From: a virus
Taxonomy: Duplodnaviria; Caudoviricetes
DNA length: 64,000 nt
IMG/VR virus record: IMGVR_UViG_3300028171_000090
Coordinates: 96,001 to 160,000 of that record
Reading direction: 5' to 3' (one strand)
The position numbers and the translations under genes were made by a program. Below the pieces are notes generated by a model. It worked only from the letters and a program-made list of their open reading frames with translations. It ran no database searches and was not told the DNA's origin. Each line of letters opens with the position of its first letter. The first letter of the stretch is position 1. This document shows, piece by piece, positions 1 to 8,741 of this stretch.

Positions 1-2
1 AG

Positions 3-884
3 ATGAATTTACATTACGGAGATACAGTTACAGTATCTTATAACGGTGATGTAATGCCTTATGTGCAACCAACCGTACGACATAACGGGATGGGTCCAGT
101 CATTGGATATCCTGACCAATGTCCAAGCTGTGGAGGGTCTATAGTACAGAAAGGAAAGAACTATTTCTGTGCAAATGGTAATTGTACAACGAAACATTTG
201 AATCGTATTACATTCTTTATCAAAGCATTAGGTCTGAAAGACTTTGCTGATAAGACAGTAACACGATTATATGATGAAGGTCTCCTTACGGATATCCCAT
301 CATTATTTAATCTAGATTATTCAGCTATCTTACAATTAGATGGATTCGGAGAATCAAAAGTAAATAATATAAAGTCTGAGATTGAGAGAATTAGAACCGA
401 ACCGATACATGATTATAACTTATGTAATGCGTTAGGTATCTCTGGTCCAAAGACGAGTGAGCAGATTTTAAATTGGTATACATTACAAGAAGTAATGAAG
501 AACTCTTATTCTATCGGGACAGTTAATATTCCGAATGTAAGAGATGCTAAGAAAGAAAACTTTATTAATGGATTAGATGAAGTCATGCCGACTTTACAAT
601 ATCTATTACAAGAAGTATTTACAAATAACATTATACATTCTAAGTTCGAAGCACATCAGGATACTGGTAAGAAGAAAGTTATGTTTACTGGATTCCGAGA
701 TAAGGACTTAAAGAAAGAGTGTGAAGCAAAAGGATATAAAGTAGTAGACAGTGGATTCAAAGGGTTGACATATTTAGTGGCAACTGATCCACATGATACG
801 AGTAAGAAGAAAGTAGCGAAGGCTTTAGACAAAGGTATTGAAGTAATTTCGCGTAAAGAGTTTGAAAAGAAGGTAAGAGGTTAA
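3..884 (+). CDS. ligA: NAD-dependent DNA ligase, C-terminal part (5' end outside window)
   Basis: OB-fold end GDTVTVSYNGDVMP, Zn finger CPSC..CANGNC, HhH motifs (LDGFGESK), C-terminal BRCT (VMFTGF...LTYLV...KALDKGIEVIS). Confidence 0.93.
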   Translation: MNLHYGDTVTVSYNGDVMPYVQPTVRHNGMGPVIGYPDQCPSCGGSIVQKGKNYFCANGNCTTKHLNRITFFIKALGLKDFADKTVTRLYDEGLLTDIPSLFNLDYSAILQLDGFGESKVNNIKSEIERIRTEPIHDYNLCNALGISGPKTSEQILNWYTLQEVMKNSYSIGTVNIPNVRDAKKENFINGLDEVMPTLQYLLQEVFTNNIIHSKFEAHQDTGKKKVMFTGFRDKDLKKECEAKGYKVVDSGFKGLTYLVATDPHDTSKKKVAKALDKGIEVISRKEFEKKVRG

Positions 885-902
885 TTCCTCTTACCTGTCT
901 TT
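871..902 (+). terminator. Intrinsic terminator after ligA
   Basis: AGGTAAGAGG-TTAATT-CCTCTTACCT 10-bp stem, weak T tail. Confidence 0.6.
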
Positions 903-924
903 CATAAAGCAAAGGAGAATGAAA

Positions 925-1332
925 ATGACTAAGACTGTAAAATTAGAAGATGTAGAACCGGGTTCATTATTTAGATATAATGATACAATCGGGTTTAAGA
1001 CAGAATACCGTGATAATGATGGAACTGTTAAAGCATACATCATTGGTTCAGGGGAAACTTTCTGTGGAGGAAGATATACTGATATAAATGAATTAGATGT
1101 TATCCCAATTGATGTAGAGGAAGTTGGAAAAGGTTTGGGTATGCTAAAAGAGATTCTTGCTAGTAGTAGCAGAGATTGGAGCGAATCCTCGGAATTAGCT
1201 TTAATTTGGGGAATTGTATTTGGCTGGGGTAAGAAGGCTATGATAGAAATGCAAGATAAACATGGCTGGTCAAATAAGGATGCTAAGAAATTAAAAAAAG
1301 CTGGAAAGAATGTTTCACGTTTAGCTAAATAA
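925..1332 (+). CDS. Hypothetical protein
   Basis: ORF with AAGGAG RBS; ATG 925 has better spacing than 919. Confidence 0.75.
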   Translation: MTKTVKLEDVEPGSLFRYNDTIGFKTEYRDNDGTVKAYIIGSGETFCGGRYTDINELDVIPIDVEEVGKGLGMLKEILASSSRDWSESSELALIWGIVFGWGKKAMIEMQDKHGWSNKDAKKLKKAGKNVSRLAK

Positions 1333-1365
1333 TAAAAATAATATAAACTAAGGGAGCTAATTAAA

Positions 1366-1887
1366 ATGACAAACGTAAATAAAATAGACGCACTAAACAC
1401 GACAGTAGATATTATCACAGGACCATCATTCACAGTATTTCAAGAAACAGATATTCCTGTAGCAACACCATTTAACTATCTTGAAAAAGGATACAAGAGA
1501 GCATATACATTACCTGATTCAAAACCACATCTTACAAAGGAATATTATTTACCAGAAAATATTGAAGTTCAACTATCATGGATTGGTCATTATATTAACT
1601 TTGATATGCATACTTTTACTGTCAATAATGATGGTAACTTTATGCTACTTAGATTATTTGATAAAAATTTAACACCAATGATATTCAATGCATACGGTGA
1701 TAATGAGCATATTGATATTGCATTAAATAAACATTTTGGGTTACTTGCATCATGGCACGAAACTTCTCTTGTACCATCTAAAGAAAATGAAAATATGGGC
1801 AATCTAGTTTATTATGTCATTATAAAACTAGAAGCCATCGAAAAAATGAAACAAGCGGAAGAAATTAAAGAAAATAATAAACGATAA
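1366..1887 (+). CDS. Hypothetical protein
   Basis: 173-aa ORF, AAGGGAG RBS. Confidence 0.75.
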   Translation: MTNVNKIDALNTTVDIITGPSFTVFQETDIPVATPFNYLEKGYKRAYTLPDSKPHLTKEYYLPENIEVQLSWIGHYINFDMHTFTVNNDGNFMLLRLFDKNLTPMIFNAYGDNEHIDIALNKHFGLLASWHETSLVPSKENENMGNLVYYVIIKLEAIEKMKQAEEIKENNKR

Positions 1888-1896
1888 GGAAGAAGA

Positions 1897-2196
1897 ATGG
1901 TGAATAAACGATTAGTAGAATACTTGCCTGAGATTACGCAGATTAGAGATTACTTACATAAAGAGTGCGGAGCACCCTTTATGGAAACAAACGTATTAGA
2001 AACATTATTACTTGCAACACATCGATTTACGGTGGTAGAGCAAAGTAAGATACTAATCAGAAAGAAAATGCGTTTCACAAACTTTGTCCTCGATAATTAC
2101 GGGGACAAGTTACCACCAATACGTAAAGCATTAATATTCCATATCGGCTCTAGCATGATTCATTATGCTAGAGTGAAGGAGGAAGAACAGTGTTAA
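1897..2196 (+). CDS. Hypothetical protein, probable paralogue of 2190..2468
   Basis: AAGGAAG RBS; LVEYLPEITQIRDYL vs LSEYIQELRIIHEFV. Confidence 0.7.
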   Translation: MVNKRLVEYLPEITQIRDYLHKECGAPFMETNVLETLLLATHRFTVVEQSKILIRKKMRFTNFVLDNYGDKLPPIRKALIFHIGSSMIHYARVKEEEQC

Positions 2197-2468
2197 GTGA
2201 ATATATTCAAGAATTAAGAATCATTCATGAATTTGTAGAAAGAGCAAATGATGGTATGAAGTTTGAAAGACGTGATGTACAACTAGTACTATCAGCGTTT
2301 ATGAAATACTATCAATCAGGACCTTGGTGGCGTAGATGGTCACCAAGGAGAAATCCGAAACGAGTTGCAAAATATATTGTAAAGAAATATCCAAGTAAAG
2401 ATAAAGATACAATAGAACGAATTACAGTAGCTTTACAAGCCTATTTAATAGTAATGGATTCTATGTAA
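2190..2468 (+). CDS. Hypothetical protein
   Basis: GTG start, AAGGAGG RBS, overlaps previous stop. Confidence 0.75.
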   Translation: MLSEYIQELRIIHEFVERANDGMKFERRDVQLVLSAFMKYYQSGPWWRRWSPRRNPKRVAKYIVKKYPSKDKDTIERITVALQAYLIVMDSM

Positions 2469-2503
2469 TTAAAATAAATTAGACTATGCGGGGGAATATA
2501 ACC

Positions 2504-3448
2504 ATGACACAATTAACAATTAATAGAAACTATACTGATAGAGACTGTCTTACGCATGTTGCAGATGATATTCAAATGTATGCGGAACTACTAAGAGGTA
2601 TAGGATATACAAGAGAAGATTTAGAAGCTAACTTCACACATACTGAGGTAGAGTTATTTGACGACTTATTAGTACACAATTATTTCAATACAACTATTGA
2701 GTACTCAAAGTTCTCAGGAGATGCAATGTCAAACTGTATGCAGAAACAGCGTCGTTTAGCAAACAGATTACGTCAAGTATTTACATCTAAAATCAGCACA
2801 CAATTTATGCAACGTGCTGGTATTGAAAGTGATATGCGTACGTTCATAGATGTGCGGACAGAAGAAGTAAAAGAATATGTACAAGAGTATGAGATTGACA
2901 AATGTGCTCAATTGAAATTCTATGCTGAAAGTCTTGTAGAATCATTAGTTAAACCTTCTGATTCAATCATTAAACGTAAGAGAACATTTGATGATTCAAG
3001 AATAGATAAGATACAAATGTATTTAGAGATAGCGTTAAATGAACTTAGAATTCCTATGTATAAATTAAACTTCTGTGGGTTAAGAGGTATTGGTTTGGAA
3101 ATGGTTCAGTTAACAATATTTGAAAATAAATACAATAGTGATGAAGAACTTGCAGAGCATTATGGTACATCTAGACCTCTTATTGAGAGAAGATGGCTAC
3201 CGGTTTTACGCGCTGTAAGAGATTGTACAGCTTATATGTTAGCTGAAAGATTTAGAGAGAAAGTAGATTTACCTAAATACGTAAAAGAATATAATATCCA
3301 CTTTGGAATGCATCTAGAAGGTAGTGACTATACATCTCATTACGCAGAGCAATTATGTGGAGATTATTTAAAAATGCATGTTGAAGGCAAAGCTGAAGGC
3401 ATGAGAGATATTGTATCACATTTAAACTTACAATTAGAATCCGAGTAA
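2504..3448 (+). CDS. Hypothetical protein with sigma region-4-like helix-turn-helix
   Basis: SDEELAEHYGTSRPLIERR HTH pattern; GGGGG RBS before ATG 2504. Confidence 0.55.
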   Translation: MTQLTINRNYTDRDCLTHVADDIQMYAELLRGIGYTREDLEANFTHTEVELFDDLLVHNYFNTTIEYSKFSGDAMSNCMQKQRRLANRLRQVFTSKISTQFMQRAGIESDMRTFIDVRTEEVKEYVQEYEIDKCAQLKFYAESLVESLVKPSDSIIKRKRTFDDSRIDKIQMYLEIALNELRIPMYKLNFCGLRGIGLEMVQLTIFENKYNSDEELAEHYGTSRPLIERRWLPVLRAVRDCTAYMLAERFREKVDLPKYVKEYNIHFGMHLEGSDYTSHYAEQLCGDYLKMHVEGKAEGMRDIVSHLNLQLESE

Positions 3449-3486
3449 TATAAAACTAAAATAATTAGACTAAGGGAGAAATTAAA

Positions 3487-4266
3487 ATGACATCTAAATT
3501 CGTAAAATCAATCAAACAATATGAGCATACATTAATCGTAGAAGGTAACCCATCTCAATTAGAGAAATTCAATAAAGTATTTGGTGATTCAGCAGACAGA
3601 GTAAAACAAAGTTTCGGTTATAATAACTTAAAGAAAGTTGACTTCTTCTACCAATACTTTTTAATGAAGTTAGGTGGAAAAGCATTTTCTGAGAAGCAAT
3701 ATAAAGGTCATCATATCGAAGACCTTTTTAAATTTATGTATGCAAACTATAATCACTTAAATTTATCATGGGTTACACTTCAACGAATGGATATTGATCA
3801 GGTTGCGGATGGAGTGTTTGATATTGCATTGAAACGTATGAATGCAACACCTGAAGAAAAAGCAGAAGCTGATGAATTATATGTGAAGTTTCTACGTTCC
3901 CATACGCCTGACTATTGCTTCTTCAATTTAATTGAACCAAGTGAGTTTACAAAGTATAGAAAGGAATCTCCTGCTATACCAAGTCACTTGACATATGATG
4001 AATGGAGCACAAAGGTGTTTGGATTAGGTACATTACAATTATATAATATTCCAATTGAACTTAAACGTGAAAAGAAAAGTCGTCATGAATATTCATTCGA
4101 CGTACGTGCTGAAATGAGTCATGATGCAATTAAAAAAATCTCTAAACAGTTTCCTAAGTTAGAGTTTACAATGAAGATTAAGTATAACGATCAAACCCGA
4201 TTTGCTAATAAAACAATAACTGATAAGAAATTTAAAGATGGAAAAGAAAAATCTAAAAAGAAATAA
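3487..4266 (+). CDS. Hypothetical protein, YubB/DUF1281 ferredoxin-like resemblance
   Basis: TLIVEG, FFNLIEP, YDEWSTKVFG, YSFDV...ISKQFPKLEF resemble degenerate YubB-type motifs. Confidence 0.5.
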   Translation: MTSKFVKSIKQYEHTLIVEGNPSQLEKFNKVFGDSADRVKQSFGYNNLKKVDFFYQYFLMKLGGKAFSEKQYKGHHIEDLFKFMYANYNHLNLSWVTLQRMDIDQVADGVFDIALKRMNATPEEKAEADELYVKFLRSHTPDYCFFNLIEPSEFTKYRKESPAIPSHLTYDEWSTKVFGLGTLQLYNIPIELKREKKSRHEYSFDVRAEMSHDAIKKISKQFPKLEFTMKIKYNDQTRFANKTITDKKFKDGKEKSKKK

Positions 4267-4291
4267 TCCAATCAAAGGGAGAGAAAGAAAA

Positions 4292-5086
4292 ATGACAAAT
4301 CCACTTAAACGAGTAACAATGACAATGGTTAAACCTGATAAAGTAAAGGCTGAACAATTCTTTACAGTAATTAGAACAGGTTTCCAACCTGATATCCAAA
4401 AAGAGATTGTTGCAATTAATGGGCAAATCTTAGAACAGTTAGTCCAAGCATATAAGTTTGGACTACGTTCAGCTTTTCCTGAAAGAGCAAGTGAGAACTT
4501 ATGGAGATTAAAACAGAATTTAGGATTACCACATTTAATCTCAGCTGTACATAATATGGGGAAAAGGGAGTATGTCGATTATATCAATTCACTACATTTT
4601 ACATTGGAAGATATAGATGCAAACCGCGGGTCAGCGACAAATGAAATTTATATCTACCAAGACCGCTACAATAAACATGTGACAGATATAGAAGTGGACG
4701 GTAGACGTACATGTGTAAGCTTAGCAATGGGTGCTTATAAAGCCCGTAAGAATACATGGACATCTAATCTAGAGTATACAATACAAAGTAAGATGGAATT
4801 AGATATTGAAGCTATGTACACTCTATTAGCAGATTTAGAAAAGACGAAGATATGGGATGTTGTCCATAACTTTGATACAATGAATTTTAGTAGTAAAGAT
4901 AATTTCGTATTTGAATTTACTACTACAAGTGAATGTGACATTGAAGAACTATTCCGACTATTGTCTTATGACGTTGTAGGTGAAATGAATATAACGTCGC
5001 ATACAATTATACCAGAACCTAAATCATTCTCAGCAGGTAGTGGTAGAGTAGTACGACAAGGAGATGCTCGGAAGCTAGTAAAATAA
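4292..5086 (+). CDS. Hypothetical protein, possible distant paralogue of 3487..4266
   Basis: AAGGGAG RBS; YKARKNTWTS and FVFEFTT segments. Confidence 0.6.
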   Translation: MTNPLKRVTMTMVKPDKVKAEQFFTVIRTGFQPDIQKEIVAINGQILEQLVQAYKFGLRSAFPERASENLWRLKQNLGLPHLISAVHNMGKREYVDYINSLHFTLEDIDANRGSATNEIYIYQDRYNKHVTDIEVDGRRTCVSLAMGAYKARKNTWTSNLEYTIQSKMELDIEAMYTLLADLEKTKIWDVVHNFDTMNFSSKDNFVFEFTTTSECDIEELFRLLSYDVVGEMNITSHTIIPEPKSFSAGSGRVVRQGDARKLVK

Positions 5087-5106
5087 AAATTAAAAGAAAT
5101 TATAAC

Positions 5107-5125
5107 TATACATTATAGAGGTGAG
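5107..5125 (+). promoter_or_regulatory. Early-type phage promoter TATACATTATA-N3-GTGAG
   Basis: Perfect copy of a motif recurring about 10 times, always intergenic and co-oriented with the downstream gene. Confidence 0.75.
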
Positions 5126-5307
5126 ACCAAATAAAATATAAGGAGGAATCACTTCTATAATCGATGTTATTAAAAATTAATATCGGCTTAACAAGGTATT
5201 GGGAGAGATGAGACTGCTCATCCCAATAACCAAATATTAACAAACTACAATAACCATAACAAATTATTGTAGGAAAAATATACTTAACTTAATTGGAGGA
5301 AATTAAA

Positions 5308-5616
5308 ATGACTAAAACAATCGAAATGAACGAAGAATTCTTCAAAGGACTTTCAGCTTTCCTAGTAGAAAACAATGGAGTTGACTATGATCCTGAAGAT
5401 TTAGATTTATTAGAAATGGTTGTTAAAGGTAACCACCAATATGCTGGTGAAGTACTTGGAGCAAATAAAAATGAAGAAGAACCAGTAGCTTTAGAATTAG
5501 ATGGATTAGTTACATACCAAGCTTCTTATCGTGCAGGTGCAGATGAGTCTGAAGGTAACTTCGGTATTGGTATTACTGCTGGTGAAGAATTAGTTGAATT
5601 AGCAAACGAAGCTTAA
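5308..5616 (+). CDS. Small, very acidic protein with HU/IHF-like pattern
   Basis: GGAGG RBS; 23 D/E vs 5 K/R; two helices, LELDGLVTY strand, ITAGEELVELAN end; paralogue of next gene. Confidence 0.6.
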   Translation: MTKTIEMNEEFFKGLSAFLVENNGVDYDPEDLDLLEMVVKGNHQYAGEVLGANKNEEEPVALELDGLVTYQASYRAGADESEGNFGIGITAGEELVELANEA

Positions 5617-5680
5617 TTATAAATTGTAGTAAACGTATTACTATTAAAATAAACTAACCAATATACTGGAGGAAATTACA

Positions 5681-6010
5681 ATGGCTAAAACAATTAAAAT
5701 GGACAAGAAATTCTTTGAAGGACAAACACAATTCATCGAGGACAACATGCGTGTACGTTTCGAAGACGCATCATTCGTTGAAGATACTGTGAAAGGTTAC
5801 TACCAATACGTTGGTACTGTAATCGGCGAAGAATTAAAAGATGCTGAAAATGGAGCATCAGTAGTAGTTAAACTTGCTGACTACATCGAGTTCAAAGGTG
5901 TTAAACAGGAAGATGAAATCGTTATCGGAATCACAGCTCATGCTGAGATCAAGAAACGTATTAAATCAGATGCTCAACTAGAAGAGTTAGAAGAATCTGA
6001 CGAAGAATAA
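5681..6010 (+). CDS. Small acidic protein with HU/IHF-like pattern
   Basis: GGAGG RBS; MAKTIKMDKKFFEG vs MTKTIEMNEEFFKG; GITAHAEIKKRIK end. Confidence 0.6.
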   Translation: MAKTIKMDKKFFEGQTQFIEDNMRVRFEDASFVEDTVKGYYQYVGTVIGEELKDAENGASVVVKLADYIEFKGVKQEDEIVIGITAHAEIKKRIKSDAQLEELEESDEE

Positions 6011-6026
6011 GCGTGAGCTTACAATA

Positions 6027-6066
6027 TAGCGGTGACCGAGAGGTTACCGCTACTTATTTTTTTATT
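6027..6066 (+). terminator. Intrinsic terminator after the acidic pair
   Basis: TAGCGGTGACC-GAGA-GGTTACCGCTA plus T tract. Confidence 0.75.
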
Positions 6067-6097
6067 GTCACTACAGAAAGCCACGAGGGGGAGTAAC

Positions 6098-7858
6098 ATG
6101 AGTTTTTCAAAATTTATATCACAGTATGAGAATCCCAACAGAAAGAGAATCAATGAAGAGTTAATCTACGGGATGAGAAATGAACCTCTGGTTGATTATA
6201 TCTTAGATGCATTTAAATCACTAGAAGTAATTAATAACATCAAAATGCTAGACTATGACTACATTGAGCATGAGTCTCAGTTCGATACAGATGTTGTTAA
6301 TGAGAAGTATTTAAAGTCTAAGAAAAGCAAAGGAAAGAATATCAAAAAGCACATCAATATTGATGTGACTCGTTACAATATGCTTCGTGTAAACTTTAAG
6401 TTAACGCTAAACAATGAAGTTCAGTATAAGCAAGTAGAACTTCTGTTATTGAAGCAATATAAGAAATACTATCTGATGATGAGTGGGAATAAGTTCTATC
6501 CAATCTATCAGATTGTAGATAGTAGTACCTATAATAATAAGGATTACGTGACATTGAAAACAATGTACATGCCAATTATTATTAAACGGAACACAGGAAA
6601 ACTGAACTCTATAGCAGGAGATTCATTCCAGGTTCCACATTATACATTATGTATCTTCAAGAAGAAATGTAATGCTGTCCTATACTATTTAGCAACAATG
6701 GGATTAGAGAATACATTACGCTTCATGAATGTAGAGGATGCTATCGATGTAGTTGCTGAACCAAACTGGGATGATGAAGAACATCATTATTTCAAGTGTA
6801 ACCATGTATACGTAAAAGTAGTAAAATACTTATTTGACAACGATCACTTCGTTCAGTCAATGGTATATGCGTTACACGAGTTATGTAAGAAGACAGAATT
6901 CCATCAATTAGAAGATGTTGATTATTGGGTCACTTCATTAGGTGCTGAGTTCGCAAAGAATACCAATGGACAGTTAGAGAAAGGAAAGAATGTATTACTT
7001 TCGTTCTATCGTCTATTGGATAACACGACTCGTAAGAGTCTGAAGCTACAACCATTCAACAAAGAAAACATCTATGCATTAATTAGATGGTTACTATGTA
7101 ACTTCTCTGAGTTGAAAGCTAAGGATAATATGGACTTAGCAAACAAACGTATTCGTATGGCTGAGTACATTGCATTCTACTTTATTCGTAAACTATCTAC
7201 GAAAGTAAATATGTTATTAAGCCGTAAACGTAATGCAGTAACAATGGCTGACTTAGTGGGACTCTTAACATTCCCACCAGATGAGTTAATCAAACAGTTA
7301 CACAAAAGTAAATCCAGCTTACTGCGCTATGATAACACTGTGAATGACATGGACTTCTTTACAGCGTTGAAGTATTCAACGAAGGGTCCTGGTTCACTTG
7401 GTGAGCATAGTAGCAATGCTGTAAACATAAAGTATCGCGGAGTACATCCATCACACGTTGGACGACTCGACATTAATACATCAGGTTCATCTGATCCAGG
7501 TATGGGTGGCGTATTTACACCGTTCATGGAGAACTTCGGAATGTACTTTGATGATACGCCTGAACCGGATAATTGGTTAGCAAACTATAAGAAATTATAT
7601 GCGAACCACTTTGAAGGAAAACAATATGAAATTAAAGGTCTTGACTACTTCTATCAACAAGAGAAGAAATCTCGTAAGATGGTAGAACGTCTAGAAGATG
7701 TCCATTACTTCATCCGTAACGATGAGTATAACAAAGGATATAATATATTAGATGTGGATGATAAACTACGAATTGCAAAAGTAGTTCGAGTTGACCCAGC
7801 TAGGGTCAAGACAAAACCAAAAGCAAGAAAAGTGAAAGCAACACGGCTAGAGGATTAA
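6098..7858 (+). CDS. rpoB: Multisubunit RNA polymerase beta subunit, N-terminal half (probably non-virion RNAP)
   Basis: RGVHPSHVGRLDINTSGSSDPGMGG matches beta RDVHPSHYGRICPIETPEG-type motif; ~586 aa fits split phiKZ/AR9 subunits; GAGGGGGAG RBS before ATG 6098. Confidence 0.9.
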   Translation: MSFSKFISQYENPNRKRINEELIYGMRNEPLVDYILDAFKSLEVINNIKMLDYDYIEHESQFDTDVVNEKYLKSKKSKGKNIKKHINIDVTRYNMLRVNFKLTLNNEVQYKQVELLLLKQYKKYYLMMSGNKFYPIYQIVDSSTYNNKDYVTLKTMYMPIIIKRNTGKLNSIAGDSFQVPHYTLCIFKKKCNAVLYYLATMGLENTLRFMNVEDAIDVVAEPNWDDEEHHYFKCNHVYVKVVKYLFDNDHFVQSMVYALHELCKKTEFHQLEDVDYWVTSLGAEFAKNTNGQLEKGKNVLLSFYRLLDNTTRKSLKLQPFNKENIYALIRWLLCNFSELKAKDNMDLANKRIRMAEYIAFYFIRKLSTKVNMLLSRKRNAVTMADLVGLLTFPPDELIKQLHKSKSSLLRYDNTVNDMDFFTALKYSTKGPGSLGEHSSNAVNIKYRGVHPSHVGRLDINTSGSSDPGMGGVFTPFMENFGMYFDDTPEPDNWLANYKKLYANHFEGKQYEIKGLDYFYQQEKKSRKMVERLEDVHYFIRNDEYNKGYNILDVDDKLRIAKVVRVDPARVKTKPKARKVKATRLED

Positions 7859-7873
7859 TCCTCTAGCTGTTTT
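7846..7873 (+). terminator. Terminator overlapping the RNAP beta stop
   Basis: GCTAGAGGATTAATCCTCTAGC palindrome plus TGTTTT. Confidence 0.6.
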
Positions 7874-7911
7874 ATTAACGTAAATTACATATAGAAAAAG
7901 GGGAAATAACA

Positions 7912-8664
7912 ATGACTATGCAAATTACTAAGAAACTACCTAAAACAGGAACTAACAGTGTAAAGCTAATTCAGGGAGAGGTGACGAAAACTTACGCACG
8001 TAAATTCTTTGGAAACTTATTTGAAGAGATTATCGATAAGAGTATCAAAGACAAATTTCTTTACAATAACTTATATATTGAGAAAGATGATCATTATATC
8101 ATTCGAGTATATGTAGCAATGGTTGACCATTATTATGACGTACTGATTGATAAAGATATGCAACCTATCTTGAAGAATTTCTTTGTACGTGTTAATACAA
8201 CTTCTACAGGAAAAGCAATCGATGCAGTTATTACAAAGTCTACAAATAATGTAGCCAGAAAAACTCCGATTGTAAAAGTGTTAACAGATGATAATTGGGA
8301 TGCTCATGCTTCTCGTAGCGCTGATCAAGATTTCCCAGAAGATACATACGGATTTGTCAATGGGAATGTATTAGACTTACGTAGAAAGAATGTTGTAGAG
8401 AAGAAAAGTCGAGATGCGTTCAGAGAATTGTTAATGACTATCGGTGCTTATAAAGGTGAAGAACATTTCAATACATATTATAAATGTATCCAGTTTGATG
8501 AGCATACACAATGTATTACCGCAGTCGTTACCGATTGTACTGGAAAGAAAGAGAAACAACGTTACCGTAAGTTCCCAATCGATTGGCAACCAGCAGAAGC
8601 ATCTATTCGATTGGCGATAGATTATGTGAATCGTGCAACAAAACGCTATAAGGCGTCAGTATAA
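7912..8664 (+). CDS. Degenerate HNH-AP2-like DNA-binding protein
   Basis: YGFVNGNVLDLRRKNV resembles HNH VDHINGNxLDNRxxNL without its His; C-terminal YYKCIQFDEHTQCITAVV...AEASIRLAIDY resembles AP2. Confidence 0.5.
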   Translation: MTMQITKKLPKTGTNSVKLIQGEVTKTYARKFFGNLFEEIIDKSIKDKFLYNNLYIEKDDHYIIRVYVAMVDHYYDVLIDKDMQPILKNFFVRVNTTSTGKAIDAVITKSTNNVARKTPIVKVLTDDNWDAHASRSADQDFPEDTYGFVNGNVLDLRRKNVVEKKSRDAFRELLMTIGAYKGEEHFNTYYKCIQFDEHTQCITAVVTDCTGKKEKQRYRKFPIDWQPAEASIRLAIDYVNRATKRYKASV

Positions 8665-8695
8665 AGAGTAGGATATTCCTACTCTTTTATTTTTT
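8664..8695 (+). terminator. Intrinsic terminator
   Basis: AAGAGTAGGA-TAT-TCCTACTCTT plus T tract. Confidence 0.8.
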
Positions 8696-8741
8696 GATTA
8701 AACTTACGACAATGTATTAATAAGATACAGGGAGAGATTAT

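Noticed and set aside
891-1433. 180-aa minus-strand ORF
   Set aside because: Antisense shadow of two RBS-supported plus-strand genes; no RBS
6032-6097. Upstream extensions given by the ORF track (6032, 19601, 43652, 48070, 17011)
   Set aside because: They run through terminators, promoters or neighbouring genes; internal starts with strong RBSs are preferred
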